From Acidimicrobiia bacterium (GTDB lineage: Bacteria; Actinomycetota; Acidimicrobiia; Spongiisociales; ZC4RG35): 64,000 nt of DNA. Positions 37,475 to 46,537 of the stretch are shown in pieces. Numbering within the stretch: the first letter of the stretch is position 1; each line of letters begins with the position of its first letter. A model generated the notes under the pieces. The model did not search any database, was not told the origin of the DNA, and worked only from the letters and a program-made list of their open reading frames with translations. Location: positions 258,302-322,301 of the forward strand of contig OZ242375.1 in the NCBI GenBank assembly GCA_965209025.1, given 5' to 3'. The position numbers and the translations under genes were made by a program.

Positions 37475-38227
37475 ATGCGAAGCCACGACATCGACTATGA
37501 GATCCGTGGAGACGACCTGCAGTTCGTGGAGGTGTACCTGGACCCGGAGGAGACGGCGGTTGCGGAAGCCGGAACCATGATCTTCATGGACGAGGGCGTC
37601 ACCTTCGAAGCCAAGATGGGGGACGGGTCCGAGCCCGAGGGAGGAGGCGGTTTCTTCCGGAAGGCGAAGAGCGCGGCCGGAAGGGTCCTGAGCGGCGAGT
37701 CCCTGTTCATGACCCACTTCACCAACTCGGGAGGCGGACGGGCCAAGGTGGCTTTCGGCGCCTCGGTGCCGGGCAAGATCGTGCCTCTCGACTTGGCCCA
37801 GATAGGGCGGCCGGTGATCTGCCAGCGTGACGCCTTCCTGTGCGCGGCCCTGGGGACCAAGGTCTCCATGCACTTCAATCGCCGCTTCGGCAGCGGCCTG
37901 TTCGGCGGCGAGGGCTTCATCCTCCAGAAACTGGAGGGCGACGGGATCGCGTTCGTGAACGCCGGCGGCATGGTCGTGGAGCGCCATCTGGCGGGAGAGA
38001 CCATTCGTCTCGACACCGGGTGCCTGGTCGGCTTCGAAGAGGGAATGGAGTACTCCATCGAGCGGGCCGGGGGGCTCAAGACGATGGCCTTCGGCGGCGA
38101 GGGGATCTTCCTGGCCACGATAAGCGGGGTGGGGCGGGTCTGGGTTCAGTCCCTTCCCTTCTCCCGGCTGGCCGATCCCATCATCAGCGCGGCAGTGGCC
38201 GCGGCGGTAGCCGCCTCCAGCAAATAG
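37475..38227 (+). CDS. TIGR00266 / AIM24 (DUF124) family protein
   Basis: Typical length. Gly-rich beta segments ([36 protein letters not shown]). Confidence 0.65.
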   Translation: MRSHDIDYEIRGDDLQFVEVYLDPEETAVAEAGTMIFMDEGVTFEAKMGDGSEPEGGGGFFRKAKSAAGRVLSGESLFMTHFTNSGGGRAKVAFGASVPGKIVPLDLAQIGRPVICQRDAFLCAALGTKVSMHFNRRFGSGLFGGEGFILQKLEGDGIAFVNAGGMVVERHLAGETIRLDTGCLVGFEEGMEYSIERAGGLKTMAFGGEGIFLATISGVGRVWVQSLPFSRLADPIISAAVAAAVAASSK

Positions 38228-38230
38228 CTC

Positions 38231-38587
38231 CTAGAGGGCGTGCTTCTTCAGGTCGTCCAGGTTGATCCACTCCAGGGCGGCCACCGAGGTTGACTCCAGC
38301 CGCACCCGCGGGGCCATCCCGGCTTCGAAGGCCTCCTGCCAACGGGAGGCGCACAGGCACCAGCAGTCACCTGGCGCCAGTCCTTCGAACCCGTAGAGAG
38401 GCATCGGGGTGCTGAGATCGTTGCCCCGGGACTTGCTGAACTCGAGGAACTCCTCGGTCATCTCGGCGCACACCGCGTGCACACCTATGTCATCGCCCCG
38501 GGTCTCACAGGACCCGGTCCGGTAGTACCCGGTGAGAGGCTGGATGGAGCAGAGCTCCAGTTCACCTCCGAGCACGTTCACCCGCAT
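38231..38587 (-). CDS. DUF2237 family protein
   Basis: NVLG.EL..CS..PLTG..R.G.C.T...D.G.H.VCA.MT.EFL.FS...GNDLSTP pattern characteristic of DUF2237. Confidence 0.65.
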   Translation of the reverse strand: MRVNVLGGELELCSIQPLTGYYRTGSCETRGDDIGVHAVCAEMTEEFLEFSKSRGNDLSTPMPLYGFEGLAPGDCWCLCASRWQEAFEAGMAPRVRLESTSVAALEWINLDDLKKHAL

Positions 38588-38618
38588 CGATTGCCTCTCT
38601 CCGCCAGCTCGGTCCCGT

Positions 38619-39626
38619 TCACGTGACTTCCCACGTCCCCGCCGAACCGAACAGGGCGTCGAGGTCCGCCGGTCCCCGGTTTTGAGCGTCCACTATCTGC
38701 TGTTGCATCTCGCTTCCATAGGTGGGACGGGAGATGTTGCGGAAGACCCCCAGCGGAGTGGGGCCGTGGGGGGTGTGGGAGAGCCGGCTGATGGAGAACG
38801 CCACGCTGGGGTTCTCCCGGGACGGGTCGTGGACCAGAATCTGGTCGGGATCGACCGAGGACGTGGGCCTGATCCGGGCCTCGCCATCCTCCATCACCAC
38901 GCAACTCTCCCCCGAGCCGCCGAAGACGACCGGCTTGCCCTCCTGCAGGTTGATCCGGTTGACGGTCCGCTCGGCCCGGCCGGTCAGGGCGATGAAGGCC
39001 TTGTCGTTGAAGACGTTGCAATTCTGGTAGATCTCGATGAACGCCGAACCGGTGTGGTTGACGGCCTCGCCGAGGACGTACTGGGTGTGATTGCGGTCCA
39101 TGTCCAGGGTTCTCGCCACGAAGGAGGCTTCGGACCCGATGGCCAGGCTGACCGGGTTGAAGGGAAAGTCGATCGAGCCGAAGGGAGTGGACTTGGTGCG
39201 CTTCCCCACCTCGGAGGTGGGTGAGTACTGACCCTTGGTGAGCCCGTAGATCTGGTTGTTGAATAACAGGATCTTTATGTTGACGTTGCGGCGCAGGGCG
39301 TGAATCAGATGGTTCCCCCCGATGGAGAGGGCGTCGCCGTCACCGGTCACCACCCATACCGACAGATCGGGGCGCGAGGTCGCCAAGCCGGTGGCGATGG
39401 TCGGCGCCCGCCCGTGAATGGTGTGGAACCCGTAGGTATTCATGTAATAGGGAAAGCGGGCGGCGCAGCCGATCCCCGAGACGACCACGATGTTCTCTCG
39501 CGGTATCCCCATCTGGGTCATGAAGCTCTGCACCGAAGCGAGGACCGTGTAGTCGCCGCACCCCGGGCACCACCGGACCTCCTGGTCGCTCTGGAAGTCG
39601 GACCGGGTGTAGGTCAATTTGCTCAC
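38619..39626 (-). CDS. korB: 2-oxoacid:ferredoxin oxidoreductase beta subunit
   Basis: TPP-binding GDG...N motif (VVTGDGDALSIGGNHLIHALRRN) and WCPGCGDY N-terminus. Confidence 0.85.
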   Translation of the reverse strand: MSKLTYTRSDFQSDQEVRWCPGCGDYTVLASVQSFMTQMGIPRENIVVVSGIGCAARFPYYMNTYGFHTIHGRAPTIATGLATSRPDLSVWVVTGDGDALSIGGNHLIHALRRNVNIKILLFNNQIYGLTKGQYSPTSEVGKRTKSTPFGSIDFPFNPVSLAIGSEASFVARTLDMDRNHTQYVLGEAVNHTGSAFIEIYQNCNVFNDKAFIALTGRAERTVNRINLQEGKPVVFGGSGESCVVMEDGEARIRPTSSVDPDQILVHDPSRENPSVAFSISRLSHTPHGPTPLGVFRNISRPTYGSEMQQQIVDAQNRGPADLDALFGSAGTWEVT

Positions 39627-41512
39627 GACTCGAGCACCTCCAGGATCCGGTCCCTTATCTCCCCGATGTAGAAGGGAGTGCCGGTCACCTTGTTGAGACC
39701 GTAGGCGTCCTTCAGGAAGTTGGCCCGGATCACATAGCGCAACTGGCCGGTGTTGAGTTCCGGGATCAACACCTTCTCGTAGGAGTGCACCACATCCCCC
39801 AGGTTGGCAGGGAGGGGATTCAGGTATCGAAGGTGGGCGTAGGCGACCTTGTAACCCTCCCGGTTCAGGTTGCGACAGGCCGCTCCCATCGTGCCTTTGC
39901 TGGAACCCCAGCCCAGCACCAGGAGGTTGGAGTCCAACTCCCCGTGTACCTCAACGGGTGGGATGTCGTTGGCGATGTTCGCCACCTTCCAGGCTCGGGA
40001 GTCGGTCATCAACTGGTGGTTGTCCGGGTTGTAGGAGATGTCGCCGCTGATGTTCTCCTTTTCCAGGCCCCCGATCCGATGTTCCAGGCCCTTGGTGCCG
40101 GGGATGGCCCAGGGACGGGAGAAGGTGTTGAAGTCGCGCAGGTAGGGCAAGAAGCGCCCACCGGCGCCGTTCGGGGCCGACGCGAACCGAACGCTTATGT
40201 CCGGCAGGTCCGCCGCAGCCGGGATCCTCCAGGGCTCGGAGCCGTTGGCGATGTGGTTGTCGGAGAGGAGGATCACCGGGGTCATGTACTTGAGTGCGAT
40301 CCGGGCCGCCTCGATGGTGGTCTCCACCACGTCCGAGGGAGTCGCACAGGCCAGCACCGGGAGGGGCGACTCCCCGTGCCTGCCGAACAGGGAGAACAGC
40401 AGGTCGGTCTGTTCCGGCTTGGTCGGCATCCCCGTCGACGGGCCGGCCCGTTGCACGTTGACGACCACCAGCGGCAACTCGGCGGTCAGCGCCAGGCTGA
40501 TCGCTTCGCTCTTCAGCGAGATCCCCGGCCCCGAGGAACCGGTGACCGCCAGGCTTCCCCCGAAGGAGGCGCCGATCACCGCGCCGATGGCGGCGATCTC
40601 GTCCTCGGCCTGGAAAGTGCGCACCCCCAGCCGCTTGTGGCGGGCCAGTTCATGGAGGATGTCGGAAGCCGGCGTGATCGGGTACGACCCGTAGTAGAGC
40701 GGCAGCTTCGCGCAGTAGGAGGCGGCGATCAACCCCCACGCCAGCGCGGTGTTCCCGGTGATGCTGGTGTAGACGCCGGAGGGAAGGCTGGCCGGCTTGA
40801 CCTGGAAGATGCTCCGCGACGTCTCGGTTGTGATTCCGAAGTTGTACCCCGCCCTCAGGGCGGCCAGGTTGGCGGCGACGACCATCGGGAGTTTGGCGAA
40901 CTTGTTCTCGGTCCAGGTAATGATGGGTTCGAGCGGCCGCTGGAACAGCCACGCCAGGAACCCGAGCGCCACGAAGTTGCGGGAGCGGAGAACCGATCGC
41001 CCGCTGACCTTGTCCGCTACCGCCTCTTTGGTGATGGTGTTCATGGGGATTTCTATCAGGTCGTATTGATTGAGGCTGCCGTCCATCAGGGGACTGTCCT
41101 CGTATCCGGCCTTGGCGAGGCCCCGCTCGTCGAAGGCCTCGCTGTTGACTATCAGGGTCCCTCCCTGGCGAAGATCGGCGAGGTCTGTTTTGAGAGCAGC
41201 CGGGTTCATCGCCACCAGGCAGTCGGGCCGATCACCGGAAGTGGAGATGTCCCAGTCGGCGATCTGGATCTGGAAGGAGGAGACTCCGGGGAGGGTGCCG
41301 GCGGGCGCCCGGATCTCGGCCGGGAAGCTGGGCAGGGTGAACAGGTCGTTCCCGAAGGCGGCAGAGGTGTCGGCAAAACGGTTGCCTGCCAACTGCATTC
41401 CGTCGCCGGAGTCGCCGGCGAAGCGGACGGTTACTTGTCTTAGGGGGGTGATATCGCCGTTGGGGGACGGGTCGGAAACGTCCGCCTCGGCGTGGGCGGT
41501 TGGTGATGTCAC
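39623..41512 (-). CDS. korA: 2-oxoacid:ferredoxin oxidoreductase alpha subunit
   Basis: Pyruvate/2-oxoglutarate:ferredoxin oxidoreductase domains I/III, 629 aa. Stop overlaps the korB start. Confidence 0.85.
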   Translation of the reverse strand: MTSPTAHAEADVSDPSPNGDITPLRQVTVRFAGDSGDGMQLAGNRFADTSAAFGNDLFTLPSFPAEIRAPAGTLPGVSSFQIQIADWDISTSGDRPDCLVAMNPAALKTDLADLRQGGTLIVNSEAFDERGLAKAGYEDSPLMDGSLNQYDLIEIPMNTITKEAVADKVSGRSVLRSRNFVALGFLAWLFQRPLEPIITWTENKFAKLPMVVAANLAALRAGYNFGITTETSRSIFQVKPASLPSGVYTSITGNTALAWGLIAASYCAKLPLYYGSYPITPASDILHELARHKRLGVRTFQAEDEIAAIGAVIGASFGGSLAVTGSSGPGISLKSEAISLALTAELPLVVVNVQRAGPSTGMPTKPEQTDLLFSLFGRHGESPLPVLACATPSDVVETTIEAARIALKYMTPVILLSDNHIANGSEPWRIPAAADLPDISVRFASAPNGAGGRFLPYLRDFNTFSRPWAIPGTKGLEHRIGGLEKENISGDISYNPDNHQLMTDSRAWKVANIANDIPPVEVHGELDSNLLVLGWGSSKGTMGAACRNLNREGYKVAYAHLRYLNPLPANLGDVVHSYEKVLIPELNTGQLRYVIRANFLKDAYGLNKVTGTPFYIGEIRDRILEVLES

Positions 41513-41606
41513 GTTAGATATTCAGACCTCAGTGTCAGGCAACCAATAATACTTGGAGCCGCGACTTTTCAAACCTCTAATTGCAACCTTACCGGGAATC
41601 GTAGCC

Positions 41607-43034
41607 TTACCGGGACTGACGGTGCGGCCAGGCCCCGACTGCCAGGACCGAGCGGGCCACACCTTCCTTCTCCAGGATCGCCGATGCTCGGAGCAACAGG
41701 TCCTCTCTCCACCATGGAGCCACCAATTGCAGGGAAAAGGGGACGCCGGAGGTCTGGTCCGGCTGGGGAACGGGGATGCTGATCGCCGGACAACCGGACA
41801 CGTTGACCAGGGAGTTGAACCAGGACAGCACCGCCCGGTAAGCAAGCCTGCCGTGAGTGACCGTGTCTATCTCCTGGTCGCCGATGACTTTGCGGAGGGC
41901 GCCGGCGGTGGGAAGGGCCAGCAGGTGGAAGCGTTGGAAGGCGGCGCCCATCCGGTGCTGCAGATGGGCCTGCCAGCGTTTGGCGTCCAGCAGCGCCTCT
42001 GCGGGGTGGTCTCCGCCGACTTCCAGCGTCTCCCTGATCCGCCCCGCCACCTCCCTGCCGTAGGGTCGTCCCTCCTCCCACCACCGACGGTGCACCGCGG
42101 CCACCTGGGGGTAGAAGAAGTTTTCGAGCCTTCCCGGAGGGAGCAGAACCGGGTCGTCGAATTGTTCGACAACGGCACCCAGGCTCTCCAGTTGGCCGAT
42201 GATCACGTCGAAGCGCTCCCTGTACCCCGCCGCATAGGGAGCGTTCGCTATCCACTGCTCGGGCAGACCCACCCGGAGGTCCCGGGGTTCCAGAGGGGCG
42301 TTGAGGAGGTCGAGATCGGTGGGCCGGGGAGCCGACCAAGGATCTTCAGGATGCCATCCCGCCAGCGACGCGTAGGCGACGGCGAGGTCCCCGGTGTTGG
42401 CCGCTAGGGGTCCCACCGTGTCGAGGGAAGCGCCCAGCGGGAAGACTCCGGTGAGCGGCACGCGCCCGTGGGTCACCTTGAGTCCGAAGATCCCGCACAG
42501 CGCAGCCGGGACCCGGATGGAGCCGCCGGTGTCCGTGCCTATGGAGATCGGCGCCACACCGGACGCCACCACGGCGCCGGATCCGCCCGACGATCCTCCC
42601 GGGGAAGTGGCCGGGTCGTGGGGATTCCGCACCGGGCCGAACCATGGGTTCTCGGAAGAAAAGCCGAAGGCGAACTCGTGCAGGCCGGCCCGAGCCACGA
42701 TCACCGCGCCGGCTCTCTCCAGCCGTTCGACGACCGGTGCCGAGTGTCGGGGATAGGCCCTATAGAAGGCCGATCCGCAAGTGGTGGGAACTCCGGCCTG
42801 ATCGATCAGGTCCTTGATCACCACCGGCACTCCGCACAGCGGACCGGGATCCTCGCCCGCCGCCACCCGCCTGTCCAACTCCTCGGCGCGGGAGATCGCG
42901 CTTTCGTCTATGAAGGTGGTGAGATTCAGTGCGTCCTGGGAATTGTGAAGGTCGGCCAGGGCCTCTGCGACGCCGTCTCGCGCCGATCGTTGTCCGGTTC
43001 GGACTTGCCGGGCCAGGAACCGGGCGCTCTCCAA
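41607..43034 (-). CDS. Amidase (amidase-signature family)
   Basis: GGSSGGSGAVVASG and Ser-cisSer-Lys triad context (KDLIDQAG...GTDTGGSIRVPA). Start placed at TTG 43034 (GGAGA 4-5 nt upstream). The ORF-track start at 43172 would overlap the upstream gene by 124 nt. Confidence 0.78.
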   Translation of the reverse strand: MESARFLARQVRTGQRSARDGVAEALADLHNSQDALNLTTFIDESAISRAEELDRRVAAGEDPGPLCGVPVVIKDLIDQAGVPTTCGSAFYRAYPRHSAPVVERLERAGAVIVARAGLHEFAFGFSSENPWFGPVRNPHDPATSPGGSSGGSGAVVASGVAPISIGTDTGGSIRVPAALCGIFGLKVTHGRVPLTGVFPLGASLDTVGPLAANTGDLAVAYASLAGWHPEDPWSAPRPTDLDLLNAPLEPRDLRVGLPEQWIANAPYAAGYRERFDVIIGQLESLGAVVEQFDDPVLLPPGRLENFFYPQVAAVHRRWWEEGRPYGREVAGRIRETLEVGGDHPAEALLDAKRWQAHLQHRMGAAFQRFHLLALPTAGALRKVIGDQEIDTVTHGRLAYRAVLSWFNSLVNVSGCPAISIPVPQPDQTSGVPFSLQLVAPWWREDLLLRASAILEKEGVARSVLAVGAWPHRQSR

Positions 43035-43048
43035 CGGGTCTCCAACGC

Positions 43049-44344
43049 CTACCAGGAAACAAGACGCCCGTCTGGAAAGAGGCTGATCCAGGGGCGACCG
43101 GCGGGAACCGTTATGGGAGAACCATCGGACAGCATGAAAGAGAAGGGCTGGGCCGTGTCCGCCCGCTCCCATCTTCCGTCCACCACCTGGCCCTCGGCGA
43201 ACACCAGCGCCCTTCCCTCGCCGGTGGTCTCCATGGTGGGGAGAGTCACACCGCCCTGGGGGGGTGTGGTGTAGAACAATCGGGAGAAGATCACCACCAG
43301 GACATCGGCGGTGATCACTTCCTCCGCCCCCTCGACGTGGGTCCAGGTGTGGGGACCGTCCTCCAGGTGCCGCTCATACGTGCTTCCGTTCCACTTCCAG
43401 GTGACGGTGTTGGTCGGCGCCCACTCCATGGTCACTCTGGAGACTCCGCCCGGGATGCCCGAGAGCGGCAGGTCCCCGATCTCGAACAGAGGGGGTGGGG
43501 GAGTGTTGGGATAGAGGCGCTGGTCGGCCGTGGGCCGGAACTCGGCCGTGTTTACGAAGTAGTTGTGAGGCGCCCGCCGAGTCTCCTCGCGGTACCCTCC
43601 CACGCCGATCTCTCCGATCACCCCCACCCCGTTGCGCGGAAAGGTGTTGATGATCCAGTCCTGGCCCCCGCTGGCCAGCACGGTGGTGTTCAGGTGTCGG
43701 AGCAGGTGGGGATCGGTGGGCCGCACCGAGCGCACCGGCCCCACGTAGGTGGAGTCGACGGAGTGGAACAAGGCTATGAAGCGAGTTATCCCCGACTCGA
43801 CCAGCAGTTCGAATACCGCTTCGGCTTCGCCGATGCCGACCTGGGGACGGGAGTCCCAATGATTGTCGACTTTCACCGCCATGGTCCGTCGGTTCAAAGA
43901 GTCCGGGTCGGCCACGCCCAAACCTGTCAGCGGACTGGGCGTCGGGGGCGGCCCGGGAACGGCGGTGGTCGTGGTGGTGTCCTCGGTGGGGGTGGTCGTA
44001 GCGCCGGGGGTTGCGCTCGTGGTTGTTGTGGTGGTGTCCTCGGGGGTGGTGCCCTCGGTGGTGGTGTCGGTGGTGTCCTCGGTGGGGGTGGTCGTAGCGC
44101 CGGGGGTTGCGCTCGTGGTTGGGGTCTCGCCGGTTGGGGTTGCTGTTGTGGAGGAGGCTGTCGTGTCGGAGGTCTCCGCCGAGGCCTCGGTGGTGGGCGA
44201 CTGGGAGGTGGTTCCCGGTTCTTCTCCGGAGTCTCCGCCGCACGCCGCCGCCAGGACAGCCACAACCGTCGCCACCAGTATTCTTCGCATTAGGAGGGAT
44301 GCTAAACCACCGGCGGCGTTGTTCTGTTTCTTTACTTCTCGCAA
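43049..44344 (-). CDS. DUF3048 domain lipoprotein (YerB-like) with long Thr-rich linker
   Basis: Lipobox LAAAC. About 100-aa T/E/P-rich linker. The MAVKVDNHWDSRPQVGIGEAEAVFELLVESGITRFIALFHS block matches DUF3048. Alternative start ATG 44290. Confidence 0.7.
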   Translation of the reverse strand: MREVKKQNNAAGGLASLLMRRILVATVVAVLAAACGGDSGEEPGTTSQSPTTEASAETSDTTASSTTATPTGETPTTSATPGATTTPTEDTTDTTTEGTTPEDTTTTTTSATPGATTTPTEDTTTTTAVPGPPPTPSPLTGLGVADPDSLNRRTMAVKVDNHWDSRPQVGIGEAEAVFELLVESGITRFIALFHSVDSTYVGPVRSVRPTDPHLLRHLNTTVLASGGQDWIINTFPRNGVGVIGEIGVGGYREETRRAPHNYFVNTAEFRPTADQRLYPNTPPPPLFEIGDLPLSGIPGGVSRVTMEWAPTNTVTWKWNGSTYERHLEDGPHTWTHVEGAEEVITADVLVVIFSRLFYTTPPQGGVTLPTMETTGEGRALVFAEGQVVDGRWERADTAQPFSFMLSDGSPITVPAGRPWISLFPDGRLVSW

Positions 44345-45243
44345 CCCGTTCCACCGGAGATGGACACGAGCGTGTCCTCCGGCCCGGCTCCGGTGAAGAC
44401 TCCCGTCAGGTAGCCCGGTCCGGGGACGTCCACTTCCAGAATCGCTTCCTGCGCCTCAGGGGCCTCCTCGATGGCGTCCTGCGCCTCAGGGATCTCCTCG
44501 GAGGAGTCGTCGGGTGTTTCGGAGGAGTCGTCGGGCGGTTCCGGTGCAAAAATGTAGGTAATGGCGGCCTCGCCGTAGATCGAAGACGCACGGGCCAGGG
44601 TTGTGCCCAGTCTCACGCCCTCGGAGGTGCGGAGTTCGGGTCCGGCCGGCAGAGACTGCCCCTCCAGGAGGGAATAGGTGAAAGAGAACAGGTGCTCGTG
44701 GCCGTCCGGCCCCCAGTCGGTGGGACCGTCGGAGAGATAGACCGTGAGGCTTCCCCAGTTGACCACCCGCGCCCTGACCCCCGGACACCGGAGGATGTCG
44801 AGGTCCGCCGGTACCCATCCCGTGTCGTTGTCCGGGTTCCCGAGCGCTCCGGTCAGAACGGCGATGGTCCTCTGTGCGCCGCTTCCGAAGGGAAGAGGTC
44901 CCAGCCCTTCGGGTTGGAGGTAGAGATCCGCCGCCGCGATGGGCTCCTCCACGAATGTGGCGGGAGGAAGAGTGGTGGCGGGCGGGGACGTCTCGGGAAC
45001 CGGAGTGGTGGCGGGCTGGGTTGGCCCGGTCCCGGGGCTCTGCGACGGAGTGGTGGTGGCGGCGGTGACGGTGGTTGTGTCGGCGCCGGCCGGTCCGCCG
45101 GTCAGACCGGAGCTTCCCAGAGCGTTTCGAATGACCAGCACCACCGCAGTGACGGCCATGATCACCACCAGCGTCCCCAGGGTCACGAGCAGGGTCCTCT
45201 GCCATCTCTCCAAGCGATTGGTGGGCGGGCGTGGCGGATGCAT
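44332..45243 (-). CDS. Membrane-anchored hypothetical protein with Thr/Pro-rich linker
   Basis: N-terminal TM anchor (LLVTLGTLVVIMAVTAVVLVI), T/P-rich linker, acidic C-terminal repeats (ETPDDSSE). Confidence 0.5.
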   Translation of the reverse strand: MHPPRPPTNRLERWQRTLLVTLGTLVVIMAVTAVVLVIRNALGSSGLTGGPAGADTTTVTAATTTPSQSPGTGPTQPATTPVPETSPPATTLPPATFVEEPIAAADLYLQPEGLGPLPFGSGAQRTIAVLTGALGNPDNDTGWVPADLDILRCPGVRARVVNWGSLTVYLSDGPTDWGPDGHEHLFSFTYSLLEGQSLPAGPELRTSEGVRLGTTLARASSIYGEAAITYIFAPEPPDDSSETPDDSSEEIPEAQDAIEEAPEAQEAILEVDVPGPGYLTGVFTGAGPEDTLVSISGGTGCEK

Positions 45244-45259
45244 TGTCCTCGATGACCTT

Positions 45260-45718
45260 CTATGCGGGATGGCCCCCGGACGGCCGGACGGCCGGGGCGC
45301 TCCGGCTCGGGTACCTGAGGATCATCCTGTACATGCAGTCGGTCCCTACCGGCCCGAAGGTTCGGGAGTCGTCCCTGGTAAGTGGCCGCTGGTCCGAGAG
45401 CACGAACACCCTTTCCTGGGGCACTGCCCACCGCCCCTCGGGCACCGAGAACCCGGTTCCCCAGTGGTCGAGACCCGCTTTCCCGTCGATCAGAACTTCT
45501 CCCCCCTCGATGGTAACCATCTCGCCTCCCATCCCCACCACTCGCTTGACCATCCAGAACCCACCTCGGACCGGATGCGGGAAGGCAACGATGCTCCCCC
45601 GGCGGATGGACTCTGCCCGGTGGGCGAGCCGTCCGATGAAGCGGGCGCCATCACCCAGGGCAGGGCTCATCGAGGCGCCGGAGACCGCGAACCGTCTGAG
45701 GCGGAGTCTGCTCATCAT
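45260..45718 (-). CDS. sodX: S26-family peptidase, Ni-SOD maturation protease (SodX-like)
   Basis: Ser/Lys dyad context (VSGASMSPAL ... KRVVG). Short single-domain form. Divergently adjacent to sodN. Confidence 0.72.
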   Translation of the reverse strand: MMSRLRLRRFAVSGASMSPALGDGARFIGRLAHRAESIRRGSIVAFPHPVRGGFWMVKRVVGMGGEMVTIEGGEVLIDGKAGLDHWGTGFSVPEGRWAVPQERVFVLSDQRPLTRDDSRTFGPVGTDCMYRMILRYPSRSAPAVRPSGGHPA

Positions 45719-45768
45719 CGCTATTCTGGCTACAACAGGCTTCCTGTTACCCCCAGAGAGGAGTTAAC

Positions 45769-46186
45769 CATGCCGCTATTCAGGCCTGCCACCGTCGTTC
45801 ATGCCCACTGCGACCTCTTTTGTGGAGTTTATGACCCCGCCCAGGCAATGATCGAGGCTCGCTCGGTGCTCAACGCCTGCACCAAGTACGCCGAATCCGA
45901 CGATCCGGTGTTCCGGGACAGGTGCATCATCATCAAAGAGCAGCAGGCCGAGTTGGTGAAGCACCACCTCTCGGTGCTGTGGTCGGACTTCTTCAAGCCC
46001 CACCACGTTGAATCGTTCCCCCAGTTGCATGATTTGTTCTGGCGGGCCCTCAAAGCGGCCAGTGACGCCAAGAAGTCGATGGACCCCGCTGTCTCCCAGG
46101 GCCTCGTCGACCTGATCGGGGAAATCTCCGGCATCTTCTGGCAGACCGAAGAGTCCAAGGCCGCGGGCGTTTACCCACCCGCCTAA
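45769..46186 (+). CDS. sodN: Nickel-containing superoxide dismutase precursor
   Basis: Propeptide MPLFRPATVVHA, then Ni-hook HCDLFCGVYDPAQ and conserved KEQ.AEL.KHH.SVLWSDFFKP core. The ORF-track frame from 44939 is a 5' over-extension. Confidence 0.9.
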
Positions 46187-46203
46187 CCCGGCTTGTGGCG
46201 GGG

Positions 46204-46221
46204 TAGGGTCGACACCTGCCG
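46204..46221 (+). terminator. Putative intrinsic terminator after sodN
   Basis: ACCTG-ccg-CAGGT hairpin followed by TTTTT, 18 nt after the stop codon. Confidence 0.4.
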
Positions 46222-46537
46222 CAGGTTTTTCCAGAAGCTGTGAAGAAAGTTGCGCGCGGGAGGTTGATTCTGTCCCACCGACGTCTCAAACTGACACCAG
46301 CTAAGCACCAAGGCCGGTCCGCAATGGCGCCGCCCGGACCGCGTCGAGGGATCAAGTCGATCTGATAGGAAGGCCCTGTCCCATGCTGGACGGAGCCCGT
46401 TCGACCCATGGAAAGGTGGTGGCGGGGGAGGGCTTCCCAAAATAGGGGCCGGGAATTTCGCGAGTTACCGCTGTGACAGAGCAGACCCGTTATGTGACCG
46501 CGCAGCCCGGACGATTCGCGTCGGCCTTGGACGGGGC

